In this document: one piece after another, positions 45,787 through 54,373 of the stretch
Layout: every line of letters starts with the position of its first letter
Position numbering within the stretch: position 1 is the stretch's first letter
NCBI GenBank assembly: GCA_020434365.1
Contig: JAGRAX010000002.1
Coordinates: 1-63,473, forward strand
Direction: 5' to 3'
Source: Bdellovibrionales bacterium
GTDB lineage: Bacteria > Bdellovibrionota_G > JALEGL01 > JAGRMV01
DNA length: 63,473 bases
Notes under the pieces: model-generated
Seen by the model: only the letters and a program-made list of their open reading frames with translations
Databases searched by the model: none
Told to the model about the DNA's origin: nothing
Position numbers and translations under genes: made by a program

Positions 45787-46649
45787 GAGTTGCCTCCCGT
45801 GTATTCGTAAAAACCTTGGCCCGATTTGCGACCATAGAGACCCGCTTCAACATACTGGCGAAGCAGCGGTGCCGGGCGGTATTTGTCTTCGCCTAAACCT
45901 TCGTGCAGCACTTCCATAATGGCCAAAACTGTATCGAGTCCTACAAAATCCGCGAGCTCTAAAGGTCCCATGGGTTGGTTGGTTCCAAGCTTCATCGCTG
46001 CATCGATATCTTTGGGACTTGCAATGCCTGACTCCAATGCAAACACAGCTTCATTGATCATGGGGCATAAAATTCGATTGACCAAAAAACCCGGGAAATC
46101 TTTGGCCGTTACTGTTGTTTTTCCAATTGCCTTAGAAAGCTCCAAGACGGTTTGGGTTGTTTCTTCAGAGGTTCTCAAACCATTGATGACTTCTACAAGT
46201 TTCATGATCGGCACTGGATTCATAAAATGCATGCCAATGACTTTTTCTGGCCTCTGAGTTACGCCCGCAATTTTTGTAATGGAAATCGAGGACGTGTTGC
46301 TCGCCAAGATTGCGTCTTTTTTGATCAGCTGATCAAAGCGGGAAAAAAGGGATAATTTCAAATCTACATTTTCCGTAGCGGCTTCAATGAGCAGATCACA
46401 ACTTGCGAGATCTTCTACTTTTGTACTCGTGGTAATGTTGGATAAGCAGCTTTGCTTTTGCTCCGCTGAAATTTTTTCTTTTTTGACCAGGCGATCGAGG
46501 CTCTTTTCGATTACACCTTGCGCGCGATCCAAACTCTCTTGTGAAATGTCTTGCATCCGTACCTGGAATCCTGAACTTGCACATACTTGGGCAATTCCAC
46601 TGCCCATTTGTCCGGCTCCTACCACTGCAATTTCTTTGATCTGACTCAT
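45783..46649 (-). CDS. hbd: 3-hydroxybutyryl-CoA dehydrogenase
   Basis: 288 aa. The N-terminal Rossmann motif is IAVVGAGQMGSGIAQV, and the protein has the 3HCDH N- and C-domain layout. It is start/stop coupled to its neighbours. Confidence 0.9.
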   Translation of the reverse strand: MSQIKEIAVVGAGQMGSGIAQVCASSGFQVRMQDISQESLDRAQGVIEKSLDRLVKKEKISAEQKQSCLSNITTSTKVEDLASCDLLIEAATENVDLKLSLFSRFDQLIKKDAILASNTSSISITKIAGVTQRPEKVIGMHFMNPVPIMKLVEVINGLRTSEETTQTVLELSKAIGKTTVTAKDFPGFLVNRILCPMINEAVFALESGIASPKDIDAAMKLGTNQPMGPLELADFVGLDTVLAIMEVLHEGLGEDKYRPAPLLRQYVEAGLYGRKSGQGFYEYTGGNS

Positions 46650-47821
46650 CTCTCTACTCCCAACGCCACGGCTTCCCCGCCCCCAATGCAGAGACTGGCA
46701 ATGCCTTTGTGTTTATTTTCTTGTTTCATACTGTGAAGCAAGGTCACCAAAATTCTAGCGCCGCTGGCGCCGATGGGATGTCCCAAGGCAATGGCGCCTC
46801 CCCTGATATTGACTTTGCTTTCATCCAAACCAAGAAGTTGATTTACAGCCAAAGATACAGTCGCAAAAGCTTCGTTGATTTCAAACAAATCGACTTGATC
46901 TTTGCTCCACGAAATTTTATTCAGTAGTTTTTCAATGGCGTCTGCTGGAGCCGTGGTAAACCACTCGGGCTTTTTCGCCGCTTGCGCCTGCCCCGAAACC
47001 CAAGCCAAGACTTCCAAGGAATTCTTCTTGGCATAGTCTTCACTACATAGAACCAAAGCCGCAGCCCCATCATTGAGAGAGGAAGCATTGGCAGCTGTAA
47101 CTGTGCCTTCGGAATCAAAGACAGGTTTCAACGAAGGAATTTTGTCGAAACGAACTTTGGAGGGCTCTTCGTCTTCTGTAATGTTGATCGTGCCTTGCTT
47201 ACGATCCGAAATTTCCACAGGCGTAATCTCGCTCTCAAAGGCGCCATGTTTCTGCGCCTCGATCGCTTTTTGATACGAGAGCGTAGCGTAGCGATCCTGC
47301 TCCTCCCGGCTCACTTTACATTCACGCGCGCAGAGCTCTGCAGCCTGTCCCATATGATAGTCATTGTATACATCCCATAGGCCATCTTTGATCATCGTAT
47401 CAACCATTTGATCATGACCCATACGAAGACCTCCTCGAGCTTTGGTCAGAGCATAAGGCGCTTGGCTCATATTCTCCATGCCCCCAGCCACAACCACATC
47501 GGCGTCTCCGCACGCAATGGCTTGAGAGGCGAGCATCACAGCTTTGAGCCCCGATCCGCAAACTTTTCCAATGGTGGTGCATGGAGTTTTTTCCGAAAGT
47601 CCTGCAGCCAAGGCCGCTTGCCTGGCAGGGGCTTGGCCCATCGCAGCTGTGAGCACGCAGCCCATATACACTTCATCTACCTGATCTGCTGAAACCTTAG
47701 CTTTTTCCAAGGCGGACTTGATTGACACCGCGCCCAATGTAGGCGCTGACAGTGAGGACAAAGTCCCCATAAAACTTCCAATGGGCGTACGCGTCGCCGA
47801 AACAATACAAACTTTTCTCAT
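46646..47821 (-). CDS. acetyl-CoA C-acetyltransferase (thiolase II)
   Basis: 391 aa. Active-site Cys in KVCGSGLKAV, plus NEAFA, GHPIGASGARIL and CIGGGEAVALGVE. Confidence 0.9.
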   Translation of the reverse strand: MRKVCIVSATRTPIGSFMGTLSSLSAPTLGAVSIKSALEKAKVSADQVDEVYMGCVLTAAMGQAPARQAALAAGLSEKTPCTTIGKVCGSGLKAVMLASQAIACGDADVVVAGGMENMSQAPYALTKARGGLRMGHDQMVDTMIKDGLWDVYNDYHMGQAAELCARECKVSREEQDRYATLSYQKAIEAQKHGAFESEITPVEISDRKQGTINITEDEEPSKVRFDKIPSLKPVFDSEGTVTAANASSLNDGAAALVLCSEDYAKKNSLEVLAWVSGQAQAAKKPEWFTTAPADAIEKLLNKISWSKDQVDLFEINEAFATVSLAVNQLLGLDESKVNIRGGAIALGHPIGASGARILVTLLHSMKQENKHKGIASLCIGGGEAVALGVER

Positions 47822-47901
47822 GCTGGTGTTCTAACACGAAGAACGGTGCCTGGCACCTTTTCCGGGAAAAGGTGCCATACTAGAATCGGTCGGTGGTTTG
47901 A

Positions 47902-48309
47902 TTATGGGGCTTTGGGAGTCGTTTCGGTCGTTTCTTCAGGAGCGGCTTCCTCTGCAGCTTCTTGGAGATCTTCCGCGCTTTTTTCAGGAGTTTCTGATGC
48001 TTCTTGAGTTGCTGCCGCGGGGACGTCTTCCAACAGATCTTCTACTTTTTCTTCTTCTTTGAGCAAAGAGTCCGAAGAATCTTTGGAGGAATGATAAGCC
48101 AAGGCCAAGCTAGTGGACATAAAAATCACAGCAAGAATGGTTGTGAATTTACTTAAAAAAGTCGCAGCTCCACGAGCGCCCAACACAGACTGGCTTCCGC
48201 CACCGCCCAGCGCAGAGCCCATACCTTCACCTTTTCCCTGCTGAAGCAAAACCACCAAAATCAAAAGAATGCTCACAATACTGTGGATCACAACTAAGGC
48301 TATAAACAT
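47902..48309 (-). CDS. secG: preprotein translocase subunit SecG with an acidic C-terminal extension
   Basis: 135 aa. MFIALVVIHSIVSILLILVVLLQQGKGEGMGSALGGGGS...FLSKFTTILAVIFM matches the SecG two-TM pattern. The last ~55 aa are rich in Glu, Ala, Thr and Pro. Confidence 0.85.
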   Translation of the reverse strand: MFIALVVIHSIVSILLILVVLLQQGKGEGMGSALGGGGSQSVLGARGAATFLSKFTTILAVIFMSTSLALAYHSSKDSSDSLLKEEEKVEDLLEDVPAAATQEASETPEKSAEDLQEAAEEAAPEETTETTPKAP

Positions 48310-48312
48310 GTT

Positions 48313-49065
48313 CTATTCTCCAAACTGTACAATTTTTACAAAGCTCTCTGCGTTTAAGCTCGCTCCGCCCACGAGTGCTCCATCAATGTCTTTTTGAGCC
48401 ATGAGCGCAGCCATGGTCTCGGGCTTTACCGACCCTCCGTACACGATCCTAACCCGACTCGCAATGCTTTTTGAGCGGGTCTGGATGAGCCAATTTCGGA
48501 TCATCGCATGTACTTCTTGGGCCATCTCTGGCGTCGCAGACTTTCCCGTGCCAATGGCCCATACCGGTTCATACGCAATCACAACACGTTCGATGTCTTC
48601 GTCAGAAAGCCCCTGAAGACCCCCATGAAGCTGATGCTCGATCAAGCTAAAGGTTTTTCCGTCTTCTCTTTCTGGCAAGGTTTCGCCCACACAAAAAATG
48701 GGCGACACTTCGTGCTCCAATGCTGCCGCAACTTTTTTGGAAAGGCTTTGATCACTTTCAGCAAAAAGCGTTCGACGTTCGGAATGTCCAATGATCACAT
48801 AATCACAATCTAGATCCAAAAGCATGGGAGCACTGATTTCTCCGGTGTAAGCCCCGTACTCTTCCTCGGCCACATTCTGCGCAGCCAGCTTGATTGCGCT
48901 CCCAGCAATCGCAATGCTTAGGGGATGCAGGCAAGTATATGGAGGCGCGATCACAATCTCAGCATCTTGTTTTCCCGAAAGCTGTGTTTTGAGCTCGGTC
49001 ACAAGCCGGATGGCTTCATCCACGGTCTTGTTCATTTTCCAATTTCCTACAATCAGAGGCTTCAT
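48313..49065 (-). CDS. tpiA: triose-phosphate isomerase
   Basis: MKPLIVGNWKMNKT, IGHSERR and AYEPVWAIGTG. The start is placed at the ATG at 49065 (canonical TIM N-terminus, AAGGA 10 nt upstream). The ORF track extends 8 codons further to 49089. Confidence 0.9.
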   Translation of the reverse strand: MKPLIVGNWKMNKTVDEAIRLVTELKTQLSGKQDAEIVIAPPYTCLHPLSIAIAGSAIKLAAQNVAEEEYGAYTGEISAPMLLDLDCDYVIIGHSERRTLFAESDQSLSKKVAAALEHEVSPIFCVGETLPEREDGKTFSLIEHQLHGGLQGLSDEDIERVVIAYEPVWAIGTGKSATPEMAQEVHAMIRNWLIQTRSKSIASRVRIVYGGSVKPETMAALMAQKDIDGALVGGASLNAESFVKIVQFGE

Positions 49066-49134
49066 ATTTTTGCTGTCCTTAGATTTCATTGTGTAAAGAT
49101 GTATATGAAGAGACTCGCAATGTCCACAGCCCCT

Positions 49135-50334
49135 CTAGCTCGCAAGAGCGCGAAGGCCCGGAAGGCCACCTTTTTCTATGTATTCCAAGCTGGCGCCTCC
49201 CCCTGTTGAGATATGATCAACTTGATCCGCCAAACCACTTTGATTGATGGCCGCAACCGAATCTCCTCCACCAACAACGCGGTATGCATTGCACTTTGAA
49301 ATGAGGGTGGCGAGTTCAAAGCTCCCGCGGTGAAACGGCTTCTTTTCAAAAAGTCCCATGGGACCATTCCAAAACAAAGTCTTTGAGCTCTCAAGGTACT
49401 CAGAAAAGTGCGCCAAGGTTTTAGGACCAATATCCAATCCCATCATTCCATCGGGAATGCTCACACTTGAACAATACTGAGGCTCTCCAGGATCTTCCAC
49501 GCTTCGACCCAAGTAAAAATCTTTAGGAAAAAACAAAGATACCCCCCGATCACTGGCCTGATCCATAATTTTTTTGGCTCGGGGAATCATATCTTCCTCC
49601 ACCAGAGAATTTCCCACACGGTGTCCTCTGGCTTTCAAAAAAGTAAACACCATCGCACCCCCCAAAAAAATTCGATCGGCTTTTTTGAGCAGTGCCTCCA
49701 CTACTTTGAGTTTGTCTGAAATTTTTGCACCACCTAAAACTACAGAATACGGTTTGCTGGGAGTTTTTATGAGCCGGCTCAAAGCTTGGAGTTCTTTTTC
49801 AACCAAAAGTCCCGCATATTTTTTGTCAAACAACTTTGGCAGCGCAGCTGTACTGGCATGTTCGCGATGAAGGGCTCCAAAAGCATCCGAGACGTAGGCA
49901 TGATGTTTGGACTTGAGTTTGCGCGCAAACTCAGCATTGTTTTGCTCTTCATCGGCATGAAATCGAAGATTCTCCAAAAGAATAATTTGATCGTCTTGTT
50001 GGTCTAGCAAATGTTTGTGAACCCCTGTGCCAATGCAGTCATCGGGGAAAACCACTTCGATATCTAAGAGCTCGGCCAAACGCTGCGCCACAGGCAGAAG
50101 GGACTCACCCGCAATCACTTTCCCTTTGGGTCGTCCCAAATGAGAGGCAATTGTAATTTTGCATTTTTTTTCTATCAATCGCTTGATTGTAGGTAGCGCC
50201 GCGCGAATTCTCGTATCATCGGTAATCTCATCACCTCGCAAAGGAACATTTAGATCCAAACGTAAAAAAACCGAAACTCCATCTTCGAGATCTTCTAAGG
50301 TATGGATGTGCTGATGATGATACTCAATAGACAT
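49135..50334 (-). CDS. pgk: phosphoglycerate kinase
   Basis: 399 aa. RLDLNVPL, SHLGRPKG, WNGPMGLFE and GGGDS. Confidence 0.95.
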   Translation of the reverse strand: MSIEYHHQHIHTLEDLEDGVSVFLRLDLNVPLRGDEITDDTRIRAALPTIKRLIEKKCKITIASHLGRPKGKVIAGESLLPVAQRLAELLDIEVVFPDDCIGTGVHKHLLDQQDDQIILLENLRFHADEEQNNAEFARKLKSKHHAYVSDAFGALHREHASTAALPKLFDKKYAGLLVEKELQALSRLIKTPSKPYSVVLGGAKISDKLKVVEALLKKADRIFLGGAMVFTFLKARGHRVGNSLVEEDMIPRAKKIMDQASDRGVSLFFPKDFYLGRSVEDPGEPQYCSSVSIPDGMMGLDIGPKTLAHFSEYLESSKTLFWNGPMGLFEKKPFHRGSFELATLISKCNAYRVVGGGDSVAAINQSGLADQVDHISTGGGASLEYIEKGGLPGLRALAS

Positions 50335-50351
50335 TGTGTGCTCTCTATCTC

Positions 50352-50621
50352 TTACTTTAGAACCATAAAATCAATTTTAGAAAAAGGCAGAAAAATGGTT
50401 TGAAAAGGAAAATCTCTCAAACGTTCTTTGAGATTGCTCATTTCTTCAACCTGTAAAATCAAACCGGCCTCGTGACTTTTTTCAATCGTTCCCGAAACCC
50501 GAACTGTGTTTTCTAAAAAAGATTTTTCCTCGCCGTCTTTCATGTAACGAATCTGGAACAGCGGCGTTTGTAAAAAAATTTCAACCTTTTGATTGTCTAA
50601 ATCTGATACTGCTTTACTCAT
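50352..50621 (-). CDS. hypothetical small protein
   Basis: 89-aa ORF between the kinase and pgk on the same strand, separated by short gaps (30 and 17 nt). No motif recognised. Confidence 0.4.
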   Translation of the reverse strand: MSKAVSDLDNQKVEIFLQTPLFQIRYMKDGEEKSFLENTVRVSGTIEKSHEAGLILQVEEMSNLKERLRDFPFQTIFLPFSKIDFMVLK

Positions 50622-50651
50622 AGCAAAAAATCTCCGATTCGGTGTTCACCT

Positions 50652-51740
50652 TTATACAAAGGCTTTATAGAGAAAATCGAGCAAAATCACCAGAACGATG
50701 ACAAAAAACACATATCCAGACCATTGCAGAAAGCTTTGCAATCCTTTCGAAGAAGCCGTCGCTTTTTTTACGACCACGCTTTTCATACGTTTCTTAGATA
50801 TGTCTGGCAGGGCTGCATTGATACTAAAACCCACGACCGGAAAAAGGCTCTGCAAAAAGGCTTCGACCTCTGTTCGGCGTGAATTGGGATAGTGAATCCG
50901 AAGAACTCTGGCCAAATCATCGGCCATACTTGGACCGTCACGATATCGATCGTCTGGATCATGTGCGAGTGCGCGCATCACGACATCATTAAGCATAGAT
51001 GGAACATCTTTTCTTTTTTTATGTAATGGGGGGACTTTGCAGGCGCGGACCGCATCTAGGGTTGCCTGCTCATTCTCTCGAAGAAATAGTCTCTTAGACA
51101 AAAGAATTTCATGCAGCATGACTCCCACACTGAACAAATCTGAACGATGATCCAATACTTCACCAAAAGATTGCTCAGGAGACATATAACTGAACTTTCC
51201 ACGAATGACTCCAGGCTGCGTCTGAACGCCCTTATTACGAATCTCCGCTATCCCAAAATCAGCGACTTTTGCTTGGCAATTTCTCGTTACCAAAATATTG
51301 GGTGGACTGATATCTCGATGAACAATTCCCAATGGCTGATCATAGTGATCTCTTTTGACATGTGCGTAAGCCAAACCTTCGCATACATCCATCATAAGCC
51401 ACAGAGCGACGTCTACAGGAAAAGGAACATTCATTTCCATCTGCTGACGAATGACATCACTCAAAGCTTTGCCATTGATCCATTCCATGGTGAAAAAATA
51501 AGAGTCCTGAATTTTTCCAAAATCCAACATCTGAACAATGTTGGGATGTCTCAAACTGATTACAGCGCGGGCCTCATCCAAAAACATTTGGATGAATTTT
51601 TTTTTGGATGCAAAATTGGGATGGATGCGTTTGAGGGCAATCGGTTCACCATTGGCAGCGTAGGCGAGATAGATTTCTGCCATTCCCCCCACAGCCAATT
51701 TTTTTTCAATCGTATATTTCCCGAAACGAAGCGCCATCAT
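50652..51740 (-). CDS. Ser/Thr protein kinase (Hanks type) with a C-terminal membrane anchor
   Basis: 362 aa. GGMAEIYLA, ALKR, HRDISPPNILV, DFGIAE and YMSPEQ. The C-terminal TM segment is YVFFVIVLVILLDFLY. It resembles the kinase domain at 28750. Confidence 0.85.
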   Translation of the reverse strand: MMALRFGKYTIEKKLAVGGMAEIYLAYAANGEPIALKRIHPNFASKKKFIQMFLDEARAVISLRHPNIVQMLDFGKIQDSYFFTMEWINGKALSDVIRQQMEMNVPFPVDVALWLMMDVCEGLAYAHVKRDHYDQPLGIVHRDISPPNILVTRNCQAKVADFGIAEIRNKGVQTQPGVIRGKFSYMSPEQSFGEVLDHRSDLFSVGVMLHEILLSKRLFLRENEQATLDAVRACKVPPLHKKRKDVPSMLNDVVMRALAHDPDDRYRDGPSMADDLARVLRIHYPNSRRTEVEAFLQSLFPVVGFSINAALPDISKKRMKSVVVKKATASSKGLQSFLQWSGYVFFVIVLVILLDFLYKAFV

Positions 51741-51847
51741 CCGCCAATCTACAAGGCGCTATTGTACTCTATGAGGCAGAGAATAGGAAATGAAACAAAG
51801 TAATGGATGAAAAACATGCATTGCAGGAGCATGGATCTTTGTCAGAT

Positions 51848-52063
51848 CTATACTCCTGCTGATTTTTCTTCGTCTAAAGTATTGGCGTAGGTGATTTGAT
51901 CTGCTGCAACTTCTCTGAGCGCAGTCACGATATGCTTGTTTTTGGAACGGACCAAAGAGGTGGACCCTTTGGCAAGTTGACGTGCTCTTTCAGAAACCAA
52001 ATGCACCAAGGCAAAACGGTTATTGACCTGTTCCAAACAATCTTCAATCGAAATTCTAGCCAC
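51848..52063 (-). CDS. rpoZ: DNA-directed RNA polymerase subunit omega
   Basis: (M)ARISIEDCLEQVNNRFALVHLVSERARQL is the canonical RpoZ N-terminus. The start is placed at the GTG at 52063, with GGAG 10 nt upstream. The ORF track starts at a TTG at 52072. Confidence 0.85.
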   Translation of the reverse strand: MARISIEDCLEQVNNRFALVHLVSERARQLAKGSTSLVRSKNKHIVTALREVAADQITYANTLDEEKSAGV

Positions 52064-52138
52064 TTTATACAAACTCCTGCAAAGGTTTCTAAGATGACCT
52101 ACATCTAACGGCTTTTCTTAGAAATAACAAGACCCTTT

Positions 52139-53476
52139 TTATTCACAAGAAGTGAATTTGATCTCTACTTCGTCACCAAAATCTAGATCGTTGGCGCTAT
52201 CGAGGACCACTTTCTGGCCTGCAGCCACATAGCTAAATGCGCTCGTAGACACCCCTTCAATTTTGACACTGATGTCATCTTCATAGCCTGAACACACAGC
52301 ATCACTCAAGTGAAAGGTCGTGACCAAGGACACCGTTTCAGACAGATCATCTGCTAGCGTTGAAAGCGAGGCATTGAAGGCCGACTGGTTGCCATTGGTA
52401 GCATCCGCAAGGTCTGTAATGGTGTTATTTCCCATGAGCTGCGCAATCTCAATCCCAAAATAAAGAGGTCCATTTTCGCCTCCTGTAGGGAATGAAGAGC
52501 CTGGAATATAACTGATCGTAGACACGGCAACCGGCAAGGCATTGTTAAAATCCTTCAAATCATTGACGAACTTTTGAGGTGTGAGTTCCAACTCATACTC
52601 TCCCATGGCATTGGGCGTAGCTTTGGAATAGAACTCTTTTCGAAACTCTTGTTCCAAACAATCAACATCCCGAGGACTGTCATTTCCAGAGTTAAATTGC
52701 TCTGCAAATTTATAGTTCTGGCTACAATTGTTATTTGCACTTGCATGACCATAGCTTTGGGCCTCAAGCAAATTATTTGAGTCACTGAGACTGCCGCCGA
52801 TGTCGTTCTCATCCGCTACAAACACATAGGCCTGGCCTGCATTAGCACGCTGGCAACCTTTGGCCATGTTGTATGTGGTCGCATTGGAGTTGGTAAAACT
52901 CTGGTGCGCTGAATATACCAAAGCCTCTCCGCCATCCGACGGTTCGGTATCTTTGAACCATGACTTATTGTGGTTATCCATAATGTACTGAAGATTCTGG
53001 CCAAACTTGCTTACAATCTGGCTATTACTCAAGTTTGAAGAGCAGAGACACTCTTGACCGGCTACAGCGCCTTGAACCTTACCGGATCTGGCTCCACCAT
53101 GTCCTACCATCGCAGCCACGCAGTAATCCACAATTCCTTGAGAGTTCATCGTTGATAAAAAGTTAGTAATTGCATTTTTCAGCGCATTAAACTCCTGGCT
53201 CATCGAACCGGAACTGTCTAAGACAAAATACAAATCTACAGGAAAGTTCCCTGAACTATTGGGTTGATCAAAGGTATTGGTAACATCATAGTAGGTCAGC
53301 AGTGGATCATCTCCTGTGCCTGGATCTTTTTCTTTTTTGATCACTGAAGTCGGATCATTATTTTCCGACCTGGTAAAGGCTGACAAACCCCAACCATATC
53401 TCTCACCCCCACAATACGATAAAAACAACGCGGCGCTGACCACAAGGGCCCCCCCTGACAAAGCTTTGATTTTCAT
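52139..53476 (-). CDS. von Willebrand factor type A (vWA) domain lipoprotein
   Basis: 445 aa. MKIKALSGGALVVSAALFLSYC|GG (lipobox LSYC). MIDAS motif DLYFVLDSSGSMS (DxSxS). Nine Cys residues are spread through the mature protein. Confidence 0.8.
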   Translation of the reverse strand: MKIKALSGGALVVSAALFLSYCGGERYGWGLSAFTRSENNDPTSVIKKEKDPGTGDDPLLTYYDVTNTFDQPNSSGNFPVDLYFVLDSSGSMSQEFNALKNAITNFLSTMNSQGIVDYCVAAMVGHGGARSGKVQGAVAGQECLCSSNLSNSQIVSKFGQNLQYIMDNHNKSWFKDTEPSDGGEALVYSAHQSFTNSNATTYNMAKGCQRANAGQAYVFVADENDIGGSLSDSNNLLEAQSYGHASANNNCSQNYKFAEQFNSGNDSPRDVDCLEQEFRKEFYSKATPNAMGEYELELTPQKFVNDLKDFNNALPVAVSTISYIPGSSFPTGGENGPLYFGIEIAQLMGNNTITDLADATNGNQSAFNASLSTLADDLSETVSLVTTFHLSDAVCSGYEDDISVKIEGVSTSAFSYVAAGQKVVLDSANDLDFGDEVEIKFTSCE

Positions 53477-53598
53477 TCTAATTCTTCCTCTCTATTATAT
53501 TTCAGCTTCTACCCTTGAGCCGTAATACTGGTTCTTAAATGTATACAATATACATGCCAAGTTTGGATTTTATAATATCAATAACTTAGAAATTGATC

Positions 53599-53639
53599 TA
53601 TGAAAAAAATGCGTGGTTTAAATATGCATTTTTTTCATA
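53599..53639. repeat. 14-bp perfect inverted repeat (weak terminator or binding site) in the gmk / vWA intergenic region
   Basis: tatgaaaaaaatgc (53599..53612) and gcatttttttcata (53626..53639) are exact reverse complements, separated by a 13-nt loop. Confidence 0.55.
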
Positions 53640-53690
53640 GTGTGGTGAAAATAAGCTCAGTGCGTAATATTGCATTGCGACATTTTTGAC

Positions 53691-54314
53691 TTAAGAAGAA
53701 CACAGCTCCTGCACAAGCTTCTGATTTCGAGATAGCTTTTGTCTTTCCGCATAAAGAATGTTTGCCAGCTGCTCGGCGGCCTCTTCGATGTCCTTATTGA
53801 CCACAACATAATCATAGCCCGCCATCTTTTGAATTTCTTGTTTGGCCTGATCCATTCTGCGAGCTACATCTTCGGGTTCTGAGCCAGGTCGATTTCGGAT
53901 GCGCTCTTCCAGCGTTTTTACACTGGGTGGAAGAAGTAAGATCAATGCATGTTCTGGAAACTTTTGCTTGATGGCTTGTGCGCCTTGAGATTCAATCACC
54001 AAAAGCACATCTTTCCCCTGATCTAAGATGCTTTGAACTTCTTTTTCAGACGTCGCATATTTTCTGTCATAGACCTGCGCCCATTCCAGAAATTGGCCTT
54101 GATCTTTCAGATCCTCAAACTCAGACTCTTGAACAAAGTAATAATCAATGCCGTGATGCTCTCCAGGTCTAGGTTTTCTTGTTGTATGGGAGATGGTTTT
54201 TTGAAGCTGTGGATCTCTCTCCAAAAGGAGCTTGGCCACGCTGGTTTTTCCTGCAGCCGAAGGCGAGGACAGCACAAAACAAATGCCTGTTTGTTTTTGA
54301 TTTCTATGCATCAT
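53691..54314 (-). CDS. gmk: guanylate kinase
   Basis: 207 aa. P-loop SSPSAAGKTS and TTRKPRPGEHHGIDYYFV. Confidence 0.9.
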   Translation of the reverse strand: MMHRNQKQTGICFVLSSPSAAGKTSVAKLLLERDPQLQKTISHTTRKPRPGEHHGIDYYFVQESEFEDLKDQGQFLEWAQVYDRKYATSEKEVQSILDQGKDVLLVIESQGAQAIKQKFPEHALILLLPPSVKTLEERIRNRPGSEPEDVARRMDQAKQEIQKMAGYDYVVVNKDIEEAAEQLANILYAERQKLSRNQKLVQELCSS

Positions 54315-54373
54315 ATCGCCTCTTCATCATAACTGATCTCAATATAAAATTCGCCCATAAGAATAAAAGCTTT

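Noticed and set aside
45277-45810. 177-aa ORF antisense to the crotonase gene, together with similar antisense or alternative-frame ORFs across the acyl-CoA genes (for example 34934..35404 and 36047..36460).
   Set aside because: The sense-strand genes have unambiguous family motifs. GC-richer coding regions commonly leave long open antisense frames.
47845-47876. GC-rich hairpin (ggcaccttttcc/ggaaaaggtgcc) between secG and the thiolase gene, considered as a terminator.
   Set aside because: The arms are contiguous, leaving a loop of at most 1 nt unless the inner pairs open. No U-run follows on the transcribed (minus) strand. It could be an RNA processing or stability element, but I cannot support calling it a terminator.
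51147-51803. 218-aa ORF antisense to the Ser/Thr kinase at 50652..51740.
   Set aside because: The opposite strand encodes a complete kinase with all Hanks motifs. The antisense translation has no recognisable features, so it is a shadow ORF.
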